Shown here piece by piece: positions 1 to 8,511 of a stretch of DNA of 56,997 nt; the first letter of the stretch is position 1; the number at the start of each line of letters is the position of its first letter. The notes under the pieces were generated by a model. The model was not told the origin of the DNA. It ran no database searches and saw only the letters and a list, made by a program, of their open reading frames with translations. Made by a program: the position numbers and the translations under genes. The DNA is from Candidatus Jorgensenbacteria bacterium GWA1_54_12 (GTDB lineage Bacteria; Patescibacteriota; Minisyncoccia; UBA6257; GWB1-50-10). The stretch lies in contig MFKH01000006.1 in assembly GCA_001779505.1 (NCBI GenBank), forward strand, positions 1-56,997, written 5' to 3'.

Positions 1-46
1 AAGGTTGTTACGGCAACAGTACAGGGATATTATTAACGAGGAATAA

Positions 47-131
47 GGAGGCGTACCAGAGTGGTCTAATGGAACAGCTTGGAAAGCTGTGGTCCGCAAG
101 GGCCCCGGAGGTTCGAATCCTCCCGCCTCCG
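47..131 (+). tRNA. tRNA-Ser (anticodon GGA)
   Basis: Cloverleaf by eye: acceptor GGAGGCG/CGCCTCC, anticodon stem ACAGC/GCTGT with loop TTGGAAA, long variable arm GGTCCGCAAGGGCCCC, T-arm GGAGG-TTCGAAT-CCTCC. No encoded CCA. Confidence 0.85.
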
Positions 132-146
132 CATAATAATCCAGAT

Positions 147-821
147 ATGAACTTGAAAGAAAAAGTAGTCGTCATTACGGGAGGAACTAAAGGCCTGGGT
201 AGAGCCCTTGCCGAGATTTTCCGGGAAAGAGGCGCTCAAGTGATTGTAGGCGCCAATCTCATTAAGGATGTGGAAGACCAAGGCAATATCTTGACGGTGC
301 GGGCAGATGTTACGAATGAAGCTGACGTGGTTCGCCTCGCCGAAGAAGTCATCAAGAAATTCGGTCGCATTGACGTTTGGGTCAACAACGCAGGTATCTG
401 GCTGGCGCACGCTCCAATTGAAGAAATGGATATGAAGCGCGTGCACGATATGATTGAAGTAAATCTTTTCGGGACTATGTACGGCTCAAAGGCGGCGCTC
501 ATTCAGATGCGAAAGCAGGGTTCAGGAACGATTGTGAATATTCTTTCAACGAGCGCTCTTCAAGGCAGAGCCTATTCTTCCGGGTATGGAGCCAGTAAAT
601 TTGCGGCAATGGGTTTTACCAAGTCCTTAAGAAAAGAGGTTGAGGAAACGAACATTAAGATATTGGCCATCTATCCCGGCGGTATGCGAACAAATCTTTT
701 TGACGAACAGCGACCCGAGGATTACGGCGAATATATGGACCCGAAAGAGGTAGCGGAAAAAATTGTGGCAAATCTTGAGGGTGATAATCCTCAAGAAGAA
801 CTCATTATCAAACGAGCTTGA
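147..821 (+). CDS. short-chain dehydrogenase/reductase (SDR) family oxidoreductase
   Basis: ORF 69..821 trimmed to ATG 147 because the upstream part overlaps the tRNA. Has the TGGTKGLG Rossmann motif, NNAG, and a Ser...YGASK (YxxxK) catalytic motif. Confidence 0.85.
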   Translation: MNLKEKVVVITGGTKGLGRALAEIFRERGAQVIVGANLIKDVEDQGNILTVRADVTNEADVVRLAEEVIKKFGRIDVWVNNAGIWLAHAPIEEMDMKRVHDMIEVNLFGTMYGSKAALIQMRKQGSGTIVNILSTSALQGRAYSSGYGASKFAAMGFTKSLRKEVEETNIKILAIYPGGMRTNLFDEQRPEDYGEYMDPKEVAEKIVANLEGDNPQEELIIKRA

Positions 822-987
822 TAAATTTTTGAACCCCACCCTCTTCGTCTTCACATGCCATAGCGAGCTTCGGCGGACACAAAAAGTACCTAACACTATT
901 CCTTCACATTCTTCATTTGCGATATGGCAAATTTAATCTACTAGTAGTCATGGCAACCATAAATCCTAAGCTGAAAGCATGAAATTT

Positions 988-995
988 TGTATAAT
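988..995 (+). promoter_or_regulatory. extended -10 element (TGTATAAT) placed for a leaderless or near-leaderless transcript of the ImmA-like gene
   Basis: TGTATAAT at 988-995 with 6 nt between the -10 and ATG 1002. No good -35 and no SD. Confidence 0.4.
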
Positions 996-1001
996 AAACA
1001 C

Positions 1002-2126
1002 ATGAGCACGGTTCATTCCATAAATCGAGAGAACCTGCGAATAGCCCGTGAGAACATGGGATTGGATGCAAAGTCCGCATCCAAAAAGATATCGCAGTCA
1101 AGCAAAAATCTCGTAGTTGAATGGGAAAACGGTGGATTGTTGCCGTCATGGTCACAAGTCGAAAAGCTGGCGAAACTGTACAACGTACCCGAGCTACTCT
1201 TTTTCTCGAACGAGCTACTCCAAAAGAACAAAATGATACCAGACTACCGGGTTGGTATCAACGACGAAAACGATGAGCAGGTCAAAAAACTAATCAACCT
1301 TGTCATCTCGCGTCAGAAATGGTTGGAAAAGTTTTTGAAGTCCGAGGGGTATACAAAAAATCGACTACAGGGTAGTGGTAGTAACATCCGTACGCCAAAA
1401 GAACTTGCCCGTTTCATTTCTGAAAAGCTTGGTATAAACCTTTCTGACATCAAGGAACTGACGCGCCGTAAGGATGCGCTGAATTACCTAATCGAGAAGG
1501 CAGAAAGTCGAGGTATTTTTGTAGGAAAAACGGTGTCATATCATCGACTTGAAGCTGACAATCTGCGAGGGCTTTTCATTTCTAACGACTATTGTCCGTT
1601 CATTGTACTCAATAGACGCGATGCGCTATCAGCACAGATTTTCTCGTTTGTGCATGAACTAGCGCACTTCTTCCGCAAAAGCGACGCCGTTTCAAACTCT
1701 CTTGAGTTTAGAAGTACTGTCCGGAATGTGAGTCCGGAGGAAATCTTTTGCAACAAGGTGGCTGTGGAGCTCCTGCTTCCCGAACAGGACTTCACGAAAG
1801 ATTTTTATAGCAAGACGGACATAGTTAGTATCTCGGAAACCTGTAAGGTCAGTCAGTTATCTATCTTCTATCGCTTGAAAGAACTCGAGAAGATTCGTCT
1901 AGAGATACAGGATGAGCTCGAAAAACAAATCCGGCGAGAAACTGAGGAGAATCTTCGCGTGAAAGCGGAAAAGGATAAGGCGAGAGAGGGCGGAAATTAT
2001 ACGAACTCGATGAAGAATTCCAACGGTTCGCTGTTTAACCGAATAATCCACGCCTCGTATCTTGAAAATAAAATCGGCTATGTGGAAGCGTCAAACTTGC
2101 TCAGATTCTCTCCAGAAATGATATGA
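1002..2126 (+). CDS. XRE-type HTH + ImmA/IrrE (M78, COG2856-like) zinc metallopeptidase fusion protein
   Basis: The N-terminus (INRENLRIARENMGLDAKSASKKISQS...WENG) looks like an XRE HTH. HEXXH is present as FVHELAHFF, followed by the typical E...CNKVAVELLLP segment. Start moved from TTG 987 to ATG 1002 because 987 lies inside the -10 box. Its stop overlaps the next gene (ATGA). Confidence 0.8.
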   Translation: MSTVHSINRENLRIARENMGLDAKSASKKISQSSKNLVVEWENGGLLPSWSQVEKLAKLYNVPELLFFSNELLQKNKMIPDYRVGINDENDEQVKKLINLVISRQKWLEKFLKSEGYTKNRLQGSGSNIRTPKELARFISEKLGINLSDIKELTRRKDALNYLIEKAESRGIFVGKTVSYHRLEADNLRGLFISNDYCPFIVLNRRDALSAQIFSFVHELAHFFRKSDAVSNSLEFRSTVRNVSPEEIFCNKVAVELLLPEQDFTKDFYSKTDIVSISETCKVSQLSIFYRLKELEKIRLEIQDELEKQIRRETEENLRVKAEKDKAREGGNYTNSMKNSNGSLFNRIIHASYLENKIGYVEASNLLRFSPEMI

Positions 2127-2611
2127 ACGAGGCCGAAGACAAAACAGTATATGTACTAGACACCAATACGCTGATCCAGTTTTCGGTATGGCTCCCAATT
2201 GACCTCAACAAGAACTTTTGGGCGAAGTTTGAAGAGGCATTAGAAAACGGAGAATGGGTATTGCTTGACGTTATGGTCGGTGAAATCAGATTCGGAAATG
2301 ACGGTCTAAAAAAATGGTGCGAAGCGCAGAAAAAGAAGGGACTGATACGCAGCATTGATGACTCGCACAGAGAGCGTGGAGCTGAAATCAACAACAAGTA
2401 CAAAATGATTGATGAGACGACCGGTAAATCGGCCGGGGACATGTATCTCATCGCATACGCCGAAGCCAACAAACTGACAGTATTTTCGCGCGAAGCGCCA
2501 CGAAAGAATAGGGACGATTTGCACAAAATACCGGATGTGTGCAAGGTGTTAAACGTACCGATTGTCTACCGACCGAAAGAATTCCTTGAAGCGATTGGAT
2601 ACAAAAACTAG
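2123..2611 (+). CDS. DUF4411-like (PIN-like nuclease fold) protein, candidate toxin partner of the ImmA-like gene
   Basis: N-terminal VYVLDTNTLIQ motif, GDMYLIAYAE, and C-terminal KIPDVCKVLNVP, which I recognise as the DUF4411 pattern. The 4-bp ATGA overlap with the upstream gene suggests translational coupling. Confidence 0.7.
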   Translation: MNEAEDKTVYVLDTNTLIQFSVWLPIDLNKNFWAKFEEALENGEWVLLDVMVGEIRFGNDGLKKWCEAQKKKGLIRSIDDSHRERGAEINNKYKMIDETTGKSAGDMYLIAYAEANKLTVFSREAPRKNRDDLHKIPDVCKVLNVPIVYRPKEFLEAIGYKN

Positions 2612-2673
2612 AAAACAAGTCACGTCGATTTCCCGCAGAATGATTTGAGCAAAGTTTAGCATTTCATCACTTT

Positions 2674-3321
2674 ATGCCAAAACTTCCGAATCTCCGGAGA
2701 CAAAGAATAATCTATGTCGCGCTGTCGATTCTTTTCCTCTCCACACTTACAACTATGGGCCTATATGGTTCTCCATTTAAAAAGATTGACATGGGCTTTT
2801 ACGAGGACGGCAAACACTTGTATGAACCACTCGCCACACAAACTCTTGTCGCTGAAATACTAAATATCCCTCCACGAATCCTTACTTACACCATTCATTT
2901 TAGCTACGAGCCGCAAAACAGTTGTTCACAGCCGGAAGAATATCAAACGTTCGTGAGATTAAGTGTAAACGAGGATGAACCCTTTGCTGAATATGCGTCT
3001 AGGGCATTTAATGAAAAGTCTTGTTATTTTGATTTCACTGAAATGCCTCAACACCACAAAGAGTGGTACTATTTTTGCTTAAAAGGGCCCGGTACAATAA
3101 GTTTTCCCTACCCGGCTGATAGGTCAATTTCTTTTTCCTCAATACTTATGAGTAATGGAACCTGCCCACTAGAAAACGAGATAATGCAAAATAGAGATTT
3201 AAAATTCTACGCCACCCCATCATTAAGAGAATGGGCTATTGGATGGGTTGGAGTATCCTTGGTTTGGGTTTTAATTATGGGTGGTTTTCTTACAATAAGA
3301 GAATATATTCGCAAGGGTTAA
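2674..3321 (+). CDS. hypothetical membrane-anchored protein (N- and C-terminal TM helices)
   Basis: Long ORF with hydrophobic segments (IIYVALSILFLSTLTTMGLY and WAIGWVGVSLVWVLIMGGFL). No recognisable domain. Confidence 0.55.
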   Translation: MPKLPNLRRQRIIYVALSILFLSTLTTMGLYGSPFKKIDMGFYEDGKHLYEPLATQTLVAEILNIPPRILTYTIHFSYEPQNSCSQPEEYQTFVRLSVNEDEPFAEYASRAFNEKSCYFDFTEMPQHHKEWYYFCLKGPGTISFPYPADRSISFSSILMSNGTCPLENEIMQNRDLKFYATPSLREWAIGWVGVSLVWVLIMGGFLTIREYIRKG

Positions 3322-3339
3322 GAATGATTACATATAGCC

Positions 3340-3723
3340 ATGAAAACCATCCTCGTTGATGCAGTAGATACCTTCGTCATTGAGGGCGAAGGTATTTTCA
3401 AGGAAATGCATGATTTGCTTGAAACATTTCCGAACAGGAAAATCATCCTGACGGGGGCTAATGACGAACAGTTCAAGGAATTCGGCCTGGACAAAATGCC
3501 CTATGAAGTTTTTACGCTCAAACATAATCCCGAAAAAACCGACCCGAGATACTACGAAACGATGCTTGCGCATTTCGGTTTGAGCAAAGACGACGTCGTT
3601 TACTTTGAGCACAATCCAAACGCGGTAAAAAGCGCCGAGTCGGTCGGCATCACGTCATATCATTACGACCCGGAGAAGAAGGACTTGGTTGCGCTCAAGG
3701 ATTTCTTAACAGAGAATCTTTAA
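3340..3723 (+). CDS. small HAD-superfamily hydrolase-like protein
   Basis: ILVDAVDT near the N-terminus (DxVDT variant of the DxDxT motif), LTGAND, and a C-terminal FEHNPNAVKSAESVGI region. 127 aa. Confidence 0.55.
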   Translation: MKTILVDAVDTFVIEGEGIFKEMHDLLETFPNRKIILTGANDEQFKEFGLDKMPYEVFTLKHNPEKTDPRYYETMLAHFGLSKDDVVYFEHNPNAVKSAESVGITSYHYDPEKKDLVALKDFLTENL

Positions 3724-3725
3724 AT

Positions 3726-4472
3726 ATGCCCGAGAACATAAAGACAAAAAGTTTTGATTTAGCGGTATATGCAAAAGGCGACCAGGGCTCTCCGAAATTC
3801 GCAATTATTGTGCCTGGGAGATTAGACACTAAAGATTATGTTCATAACACCAGTTTAGTCGATTTCTTGGCAAACAAAGGTTACTTCGCGTTGTCTTTTG
3901 ACCCACCCGGCACTTGGGAAAGTCCCGGAGACATTGAACTTTATACAACTACAAACTGCTTGAAGGCCGTAGACGAACTTATTGAATATTTTGGGAGCAA
4001 GCCAACATTAGTTGCTGGCCACAGTAGGGGAGGGACTATTGCAATGTTAGCGGGGCCGAAAAATCCCGCCATCACCCACTTCATTTCCATTTTTTCCTAT
4101 TACGGGGAGCCGAGCGACCCCGAAGAAGAAAGGATTATTGATGGAAAAGTAATGAGTTACAGAGATTTGCCGCCCGGAAACACAAAGACGAAAGAGCAAA
4201 AAGAATTTGGTTTACCGCTCAATTATTTTGAAGACGGAAAACGATATAATGCTCTGCCTGGTTTGAAAAACTGCACCAAGCCAAAATTATTTTTTTATGG
4301 CGTAGAAGATGATATGAACGACCCCGAAGATGTAAAGAAAGCATACGAGGTTGCCACAGAACCGAAAATGATACACCCGCTAAACTCCGACCATGATTAT
4401 CGGTATCATCCGGAAATAATTGAAGAAGTTAATAAAGTTGTAGGATTATTCCTAGATAAATATCCTCTATAA
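3726..4472 (+). CDS. alpha/beta hydrolase
   Basis: Nucleophile elbow GHSRGG, upstream IIVPGRLD strand, and C-terminal D...H (NSDHDY). Starts 2 nt after the preceding stop. Confidence 0.75.
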   Translation: MPENIKTKSFDLAVYAKGDQGSPKFAIIVPGRLDTKDYVHNTSLVDFLANKGYFALSFDPPGTWESPGDIELYTTTNCLKAVDELIEYFGSKPTLVAGHSRGGTIAMLAGPKNPAITHFISIFSYYGEPSDPEEERIIDGKVMSYRDLPPGNTKTKEQKEFGLPLNYFEDGKRYNALPGLKNCTKPKLFFYGVEDDMNDPEDVKKAYEVATEPKMIHPLNSDHDYRYHPEIIEEVNKVVGLFLDKYPL

Positions 4473-4482
4473 AAGTCACCTT

Positions 4483-5739
4483 ATGGATAAAGAACTTACC
4501 CCAAATCAGCGTAAGCTTTCAAGAACATACCTTGTCTACAGAGCACTTACGGGCCTGTGGTTCGTGAGCGCTGTCTGGCTTTATTTTTACCGCTTGTTCA
4601 TCACTGACCAGCAAGTTGGGATTCTTGACGGCTTTGCATTCGCAATCGGTCTCATTGCGGAAGTTCCATCGGGCGCATTGGCGGACAGATTCGGAAGGGA
4701 CAAGATGGTTAAACTGGGGCAGCTCTTGGCCGGAAGCGGCTTTCTCATACAAGCATTCGGGAGCAACTTCGTACCGTTTTTCGTCGGGCAGGCAATTATG
4801 ATGATTGGCGTCTCTTTCGTGTCCGGTGCCGACGAAGCACTGTTTTTTGAAAAACTTAACTTCAACCGCGCGTCCGTGAATTGGAGAAAACTGATGACGC
4901 GCGGCTCACAGGTCACGTTGGCTGCCGCGTTGGTCGCGACCATTGCCGGAGGGTTGCTGAACGGAATCAATCCGCGTATTCCGTGGGCGCTCACTGGTTT
5001 AGCGCTCATAAGTTCAATTTTCATCATGTGGTCAATCAAAGACACCCGTCCGGAAAAGACCAAACGAAGGGTTTCCATTGAGCTGCGGGAACATCTTATA
5101 AGCATCAAGGAAGGGTTTGCCCAATTCCTCACGCCGAAATTGCGCCTATACGTGCCAATCATTATCGCGGTACAGGGTCTCTTTTACACATTCGGCTGGG
5201 GACTGTTGCGCTTGATTTTGCTCGACCGCTTCCACTTCAGTCCATTTTTGGGCTCGGTTGCGATAGCGACGAGCGGCCTTGTAACCGTCGGCATTTTGGC
5301 AGTGATGCACAAATACGCAGAGAAAATAAGCGAGAGACGCGTGCTCGCCTTGATTTCGCTCACAGCCGCCGCGAGTTTGCTCTTGTCAATCGCAGACATC
5401 GGGATGTGGGGGTATGTCGTCATCCTTATCCTCTACGCGGGGGAACGCACTCTCTATCCCTTTATGAGCGAAGTTCTCAATAATCGGATTGAAGAACGTC
5501 AGCGGGCGACTGTTTTGTCCGTTGCTTCGTTTTTATATACGTTGCCATACGTCGCATTGGCTCCAATCATCGGTTCTTTGAGCACTCGCGGTCATCTTGA
5601 ATATTTTCTGATTGTCTGGGCGTTTCTGATTTTTACATCCGTCGTGCTGTATCTTTTATTCAAAAAGAAAGATACCTTTGTGAGTATGACAAAAAAAGAA
5701 ACGGAGGTGGAAACGCGCGTGCCGGAAATTTCTACCTAG
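4483..5739 (+). CDS. MFS transporter
   Basis: About 12 hydrophobic segments, with an MFS loop 2-3 motif GALADRFGRDKM. Confidence 0.8.
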   Translation: MDKELTPNQRKLSRTYLVYRALTGLWFVSAVWLYFYRLFITDQQVGILDGFAFAIGLIAEVPSGALADRFGRDKMVKLGQLLAGSGFLIQAFGSNFVPFFVGQAIMMIGVSFVSGADEALFFEKLNFNRASVNWRKLMTRGSQVTLAAALVATIAGGLLNGINPRIPWALTGLALISSIFIMWSIKDTRPEKTKRRVSIELREHLISIKEGFAQFLTPKLRLYVPIIIAVQGLFYTFGWGLLRLILLDRFHFSPFLGSVAIATSGLVTVGILAVMHKYAEKISERRVLALISLTAAASLLLSIADIGMWGYVVILILYAGERTLYPFMSEVLNNRIEERQRATVLSVASFLYTLPYVALAPIIGSLSTRGHLEYFLIVWAFLIFTSVVLYLLFKKKDTFVSMTKKETEVETRVPEIST

Positions 5740-5742
5740 CGA

Positions 5743-6315
5743 ATGAAAACCGTTAAGCGCTGCCCGTGGCCCACGGAAAACGACCCACTCTACCTTGCGT
5801 ATCACGACAGGGAGTGGGGAGTTCCCGTGCACAACGACAAAATATTGTATGAATTTCTGGTGCTTGAGGCATTTCAGGCAGGGCTTTCGTGGCGGACGGT
5901 TCTCTACAAGCGCAAAAACTTCAAAAAGGCATTTGCTGGATTTGACCCAAGGAAAGTGGCGAAGTTTACGAAACGGGATGTGAACCGTTTATTGAAAGAT
6001 GCCGGAATCATACGCAACAAGGCAAAGATAGAAGCGGCGATAAATAATGCAAAAAAGTTTCTGGAAGTGCAGAAAGAATTCGGAAGTTTCTCAAAATACC
6101 AGTGGCAGTTTGTGGGAGGCAAGCCGATAGTGCACAAAATCAGAACCCTGAAAGATTATCCGGTGAAAATAAAAGAGGCGGACGTGATGGCGGGGGACAT
6201 GAAGCGGAGAGGGTTCAAATTTCTCGGCCCGACCGTTCTCTACGCTCACATGCAAGCAGTCGGCATGGTAAACGACCACATAGTGGATTGCTTCAGATAT
6301 AGGGAACTCATATAA
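5743..6315 (+). CDS. tag: DNA-3-methyladenine glycosylase I
   Basis: RCPWPTENDPLYLAYHDREWGVPVHNDKILYEFLVLEAFQAGLSWRTVL is the canonical Tag N-terminus. A C-terminal H...DH..C zinc ligand set is present. Confidence 0.9.
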   Translation: MKTVKRCPWPTENDPLYLAYHDREWGVPVHNDKILYEFLVLEAFQAGLSWRTVLYKRKNFKKAFAGFDPRKVAKFTKRDVNRLLKDAGIIRNKAKIEAAINNAKKFLEVQKEFGSFSKYQWQFVGGKPIVHKIRTLKDYPVKIKEADVMAGDMKRRGFKFLGPTVLYAHMQAVGMVNDHIVDCFRYRELI

Positions 6316-6326
6316 TATACGCACAC

Positions 6327-6941
6327 ATGCGTCCGCGCGCCATCAATCTCAAGCATTATTTTCTCGGCGACATTAATCCGGTCATTCGGTTTCTTGTCAT
6401 TTCCGACACGGTAATTCTCGGAGCGTCCGGCTTGCTCGGCCCGATATTCGCACTTTTCATAGAGGAATTTATCCAGGGAGGAAATGAGGCGGTTGCCGGT
6501 CTTGCGGCGAGCATCTATCTCTTTACCCGGAGTGTGTTCCAAATTCCCATCGCGCACCTCATAGACAAAATCAGGGGGGAGAAAGACGATTTTTGGTTCA
6601 TGTTCGTATTCTCCATTCTCATGGCAGTCACGCCGCTCTCGTATCTTTTTATCAACACACCACTCGAACTGTACATTGTGGAGTTTTTTCTCGGCCTGTT
6701 TTCCGCGTTCACATACCCCACGTTCATGGCAACCTTCACTCGCCACATAGACCGCGAAAAAGAAGGTACTGAATGGGGCGTGTACTTTACGCTTACCGGC
6801 CTGACGAGCGCGCTCCTCGCCGCCATCGGCGGTTTCGTTGCGGCGGTTGAAGGGTTCCACATTCTTATTATCGCTGTCGTCTTTTTATCGGTTATAGGCG
6901 CCTTTCTTCTCTTGCCTATAAGGCCTTACATCAGGTCTTGA
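6327..6941 (+). CDS. half-size MFS-like membrane protein (6 TM), possibly a truncated transporter
   Basis: Six hydrophobic segments and a DKIRGEKD loop resembling the MFS 2-3 loop. At 204 aa it is roughly half a normal MFS. Confidence 0.5.
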   Translation: MRPRAINLKHYFLGDINPVIRFLVISDTVILGASGLLGPIFALFIEEFIQGGNEAVAGLAASIYLFTRSVFQIPIAHLIDKIRGEKDDFWFMFVFSILMAVTPLSYLFINTPLELYIVEFFLGLFSAFTYPTFMATFTRHIDREKEGTEWGVYFTLTGLTSALLAAIGGFVAAVEGFHILIIAVVFLSVIGAFLLLPIRPYIRS

Positions 6942-6966
6942 CTGTTCGGCGCTTTCGTGCTAATCT
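6938..6966 (+). promoter_or_regulatory. sigma-70-like promoter for the orphan Zn-ribbon gene
   Basis: TTGACT (6938-6943), 17-nt spacer, TAATCT (6961-6966). Followed by SD AGAGGAGG (6987-6994) and ATG 7001. Confidence 0.45.
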
Positions 6967-7000
6967 AGGCGCTGTACTATATCAACAGAGGAGGTCTGTC

Positions 7001-7693
7001 ATGACGATTCTAGGCCCATGTCCGAACTGTGGCGTGGAAGATTCCTTGCTAGTCATAAATGGGGGAGCCGCCTGCGGGAACTGCAGAAGAATCTGGACTG
7101 ACTGGCACTACGCGGTAGAGGTATCGGGGCGGAACGGCGCGAGGCTCATCCCGGTTTCCGTGCTCACAACCAAAACGAGTGTCGGCTTGGAACTGCCGGC
7201 ATTCGTATCGTGCGAAGGCCTTGTGGAAGAAGTCCTGCGCCACGCGCTCATCACGAACTTTCACCTGCACGGATGCGAGAACAGGGGAGTTGCGGGCGTC
7301 ATGAGGATGGGCGGGGGATTTCTCCCGGTGAGGTTCTACGGCAGAACGGACATGCTGGGAATCGGCGACAACCAGCTCTTCCACGACAACGACGCATCCC
7401 AGGAAGTGCTCGTCTGGTACGCGAAGATGCTGGCAATCCTGTTCCGGGACGAGCTCGTCGTGGACGGCTGGAGTTACGGGCGCGGAAAGATTCTCCGGCT
7501 CGCCCGCGAAGACCCGTTCTACGAGGAGAAAACCAAGTTCCTTCTGTGGCTTACTCTTTCTCTCACGAGGGAGCGGAAGGGCGAGAGGTTCGCGACACGA
7601 GTCCTTGCTCGGGCTGGAGCGTCAAAGCTCCTGCCCGCGAGGGAACGAAAGTTCCTCGCGATAGACCTTCACGCGACTAACTGCGGACGTTAG
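7001..7693 (+). CDS. hypothetical protein with N-terminal CxxC...CxxC zinc ribbon
   Basis: ORF 6938..7693 trimmed to the ATG preceded by GGAGG. CPNCG...CGNC at the N-terminus. No other recognisable domain. Visibly GC-richer than its flanks. Confidence 0.55.
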   Translation: MTILGPCPNCGVEDSLLVINGGAACGNCRRIWTDWHYAVEVSGRNGARLIPVSVLTTKTSVGLELPAFVSCEGLVEEVLRHALITNFHLHGCENRGVAGVMRMGGGFLPVRFYGRTDMLGIGDNQLFHDNDASQEVLVWYAKMLAILFRDELVVDGWSYGRGKILRLAREDPFYEEKTKFLLWLTLSLTRERKGERFATRVLARAGASKLLPARERKFLAIDLHATNCGR

Positions 7694-7708
7694 TCGACTG
7701 GCCCACAT

Positions 7709-7739
7709 GGCCCCGGATGTACCCGGGGCCTTTTATTTT
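7709..7739 (+). terminator. intrinsic terminator
   Basis: GGCCCCGG-ATGTAC-CCGGGGCC hairpin followed by TTTTATTTT. Confidence 0.65.
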
Positions 7740-7761
7740 CTTTATGCTACAATTTCCGCAT

Positions 7762-8511
7762 ATGCCGCACGACTGGAAAATCATCATATTTGACCTTGAT
7801 GGAACGCTTACCGAAAGCAAAGCACCGCTTCAAGACGATATGGGAACGCTTCTTTGCAAGCTTCTCTCCGCGAAGAAAATTGCCGTCATGGGCGGCGGGA
7901 ATTACGGCCAGTTCACCGAACAATTTCTCAACCGTTTCAATTGCTCCGAAAAATTATTAGCAAACCTTCTTGTTCTTCCCACGTCCGGCGCAAGCATGTA
8001 TCGCCGCCATAGCGGCGCGTGGGAAGAAACGTACCGCCTTCTCTTAAGCAACGAAGAAAAGAAAGAAATCAATCGCGCATTTGAAGAGGTGTTCCGCGAT
8101 ATGGGCTACGAATCACCGGGCACCACATATGGCGACGTGATAGAAGACCGGGGAACGCAGATAACGTTCTCTGCCCTTGGACAAAAGGCGCCTCTTGCTG
8201 AGAAAGAAAAATGGCATCGTGAGCGCGATGTGCGCCCTGCACTCCGCGCCGCACTTCAGGCACGCCTTCCGAGTTTCACCGTCACGTCTGGCGGCCTCAC
8301 TTCAATTGATGCAACAAAGAAAGGAATTGATAAGGGATACGGCGTGGAGCAAGCCGTGAGCGAGTTTGGCGCAACACTAAAAGATGCTGTTTTTGTCGGC
8401 GACGCGCTTTTTGAAGGAGGGAATGATTATGCCGTCGTGCGGACGGGTATAGACACGGTGGCTGTTTCGGGATCGGAAGAAACAAAGCGATTCATCAACT
8501 CTCTCCAATGA
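7762..8511 (+). CDS. HAD-IIB hydrolase (phosphomannomutase-like layout)
   Basis: IIIFDLDGTLTESK motif I, VMGGGNYGQFTEQF resembling the PMM-type cap, and C-terminal GD..F.GGND. Start set to ATG 7762, downstream of the terminator. Confidence 0.7.
   Translation: MPHDWKIIIFDLDGTLTESKAPLQDDMGTLLCKLLSAKKIAVMGGGNYGQFTEQFLNRFNCSEKLLANLLVLPTSGASMYRRHSGAWEETYRLLLSNEEKKEINRAFEEVFRDMGYESPGTTYGDVIEDRGTQITFSALGQKAPLAEKEKWHRERDVRPALRAALQARLPSFTVTSGGLTSIDATKKGIDKGYGVEQAVSEFGATLKDAVFVGDALFEGGNDYAVVRTGIDTVAVSGSEETKRFINSLQ

Noticed and set aside
987-1001. TTG start at 987 for the ImmA-like gene, and other upstream ORF-track starts (69, 7717, 19839, 28313, 30037, 30347, 32245, 52920)
   Set aside because: These extensions overlap tRNAs, terminators, promoter boxes or the preceding gene. 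Conserved N-termini or SD sequences support the downstream starts used in the feature list.
7210-7680. Alternative-frame 156-aa ORF inside the orphan gene 7001..7693
   Set aside because: It has an extremely Arg/Pro/Gly-rich composition typical of off-frame translation of GC-rich coding DNA, and no SD.
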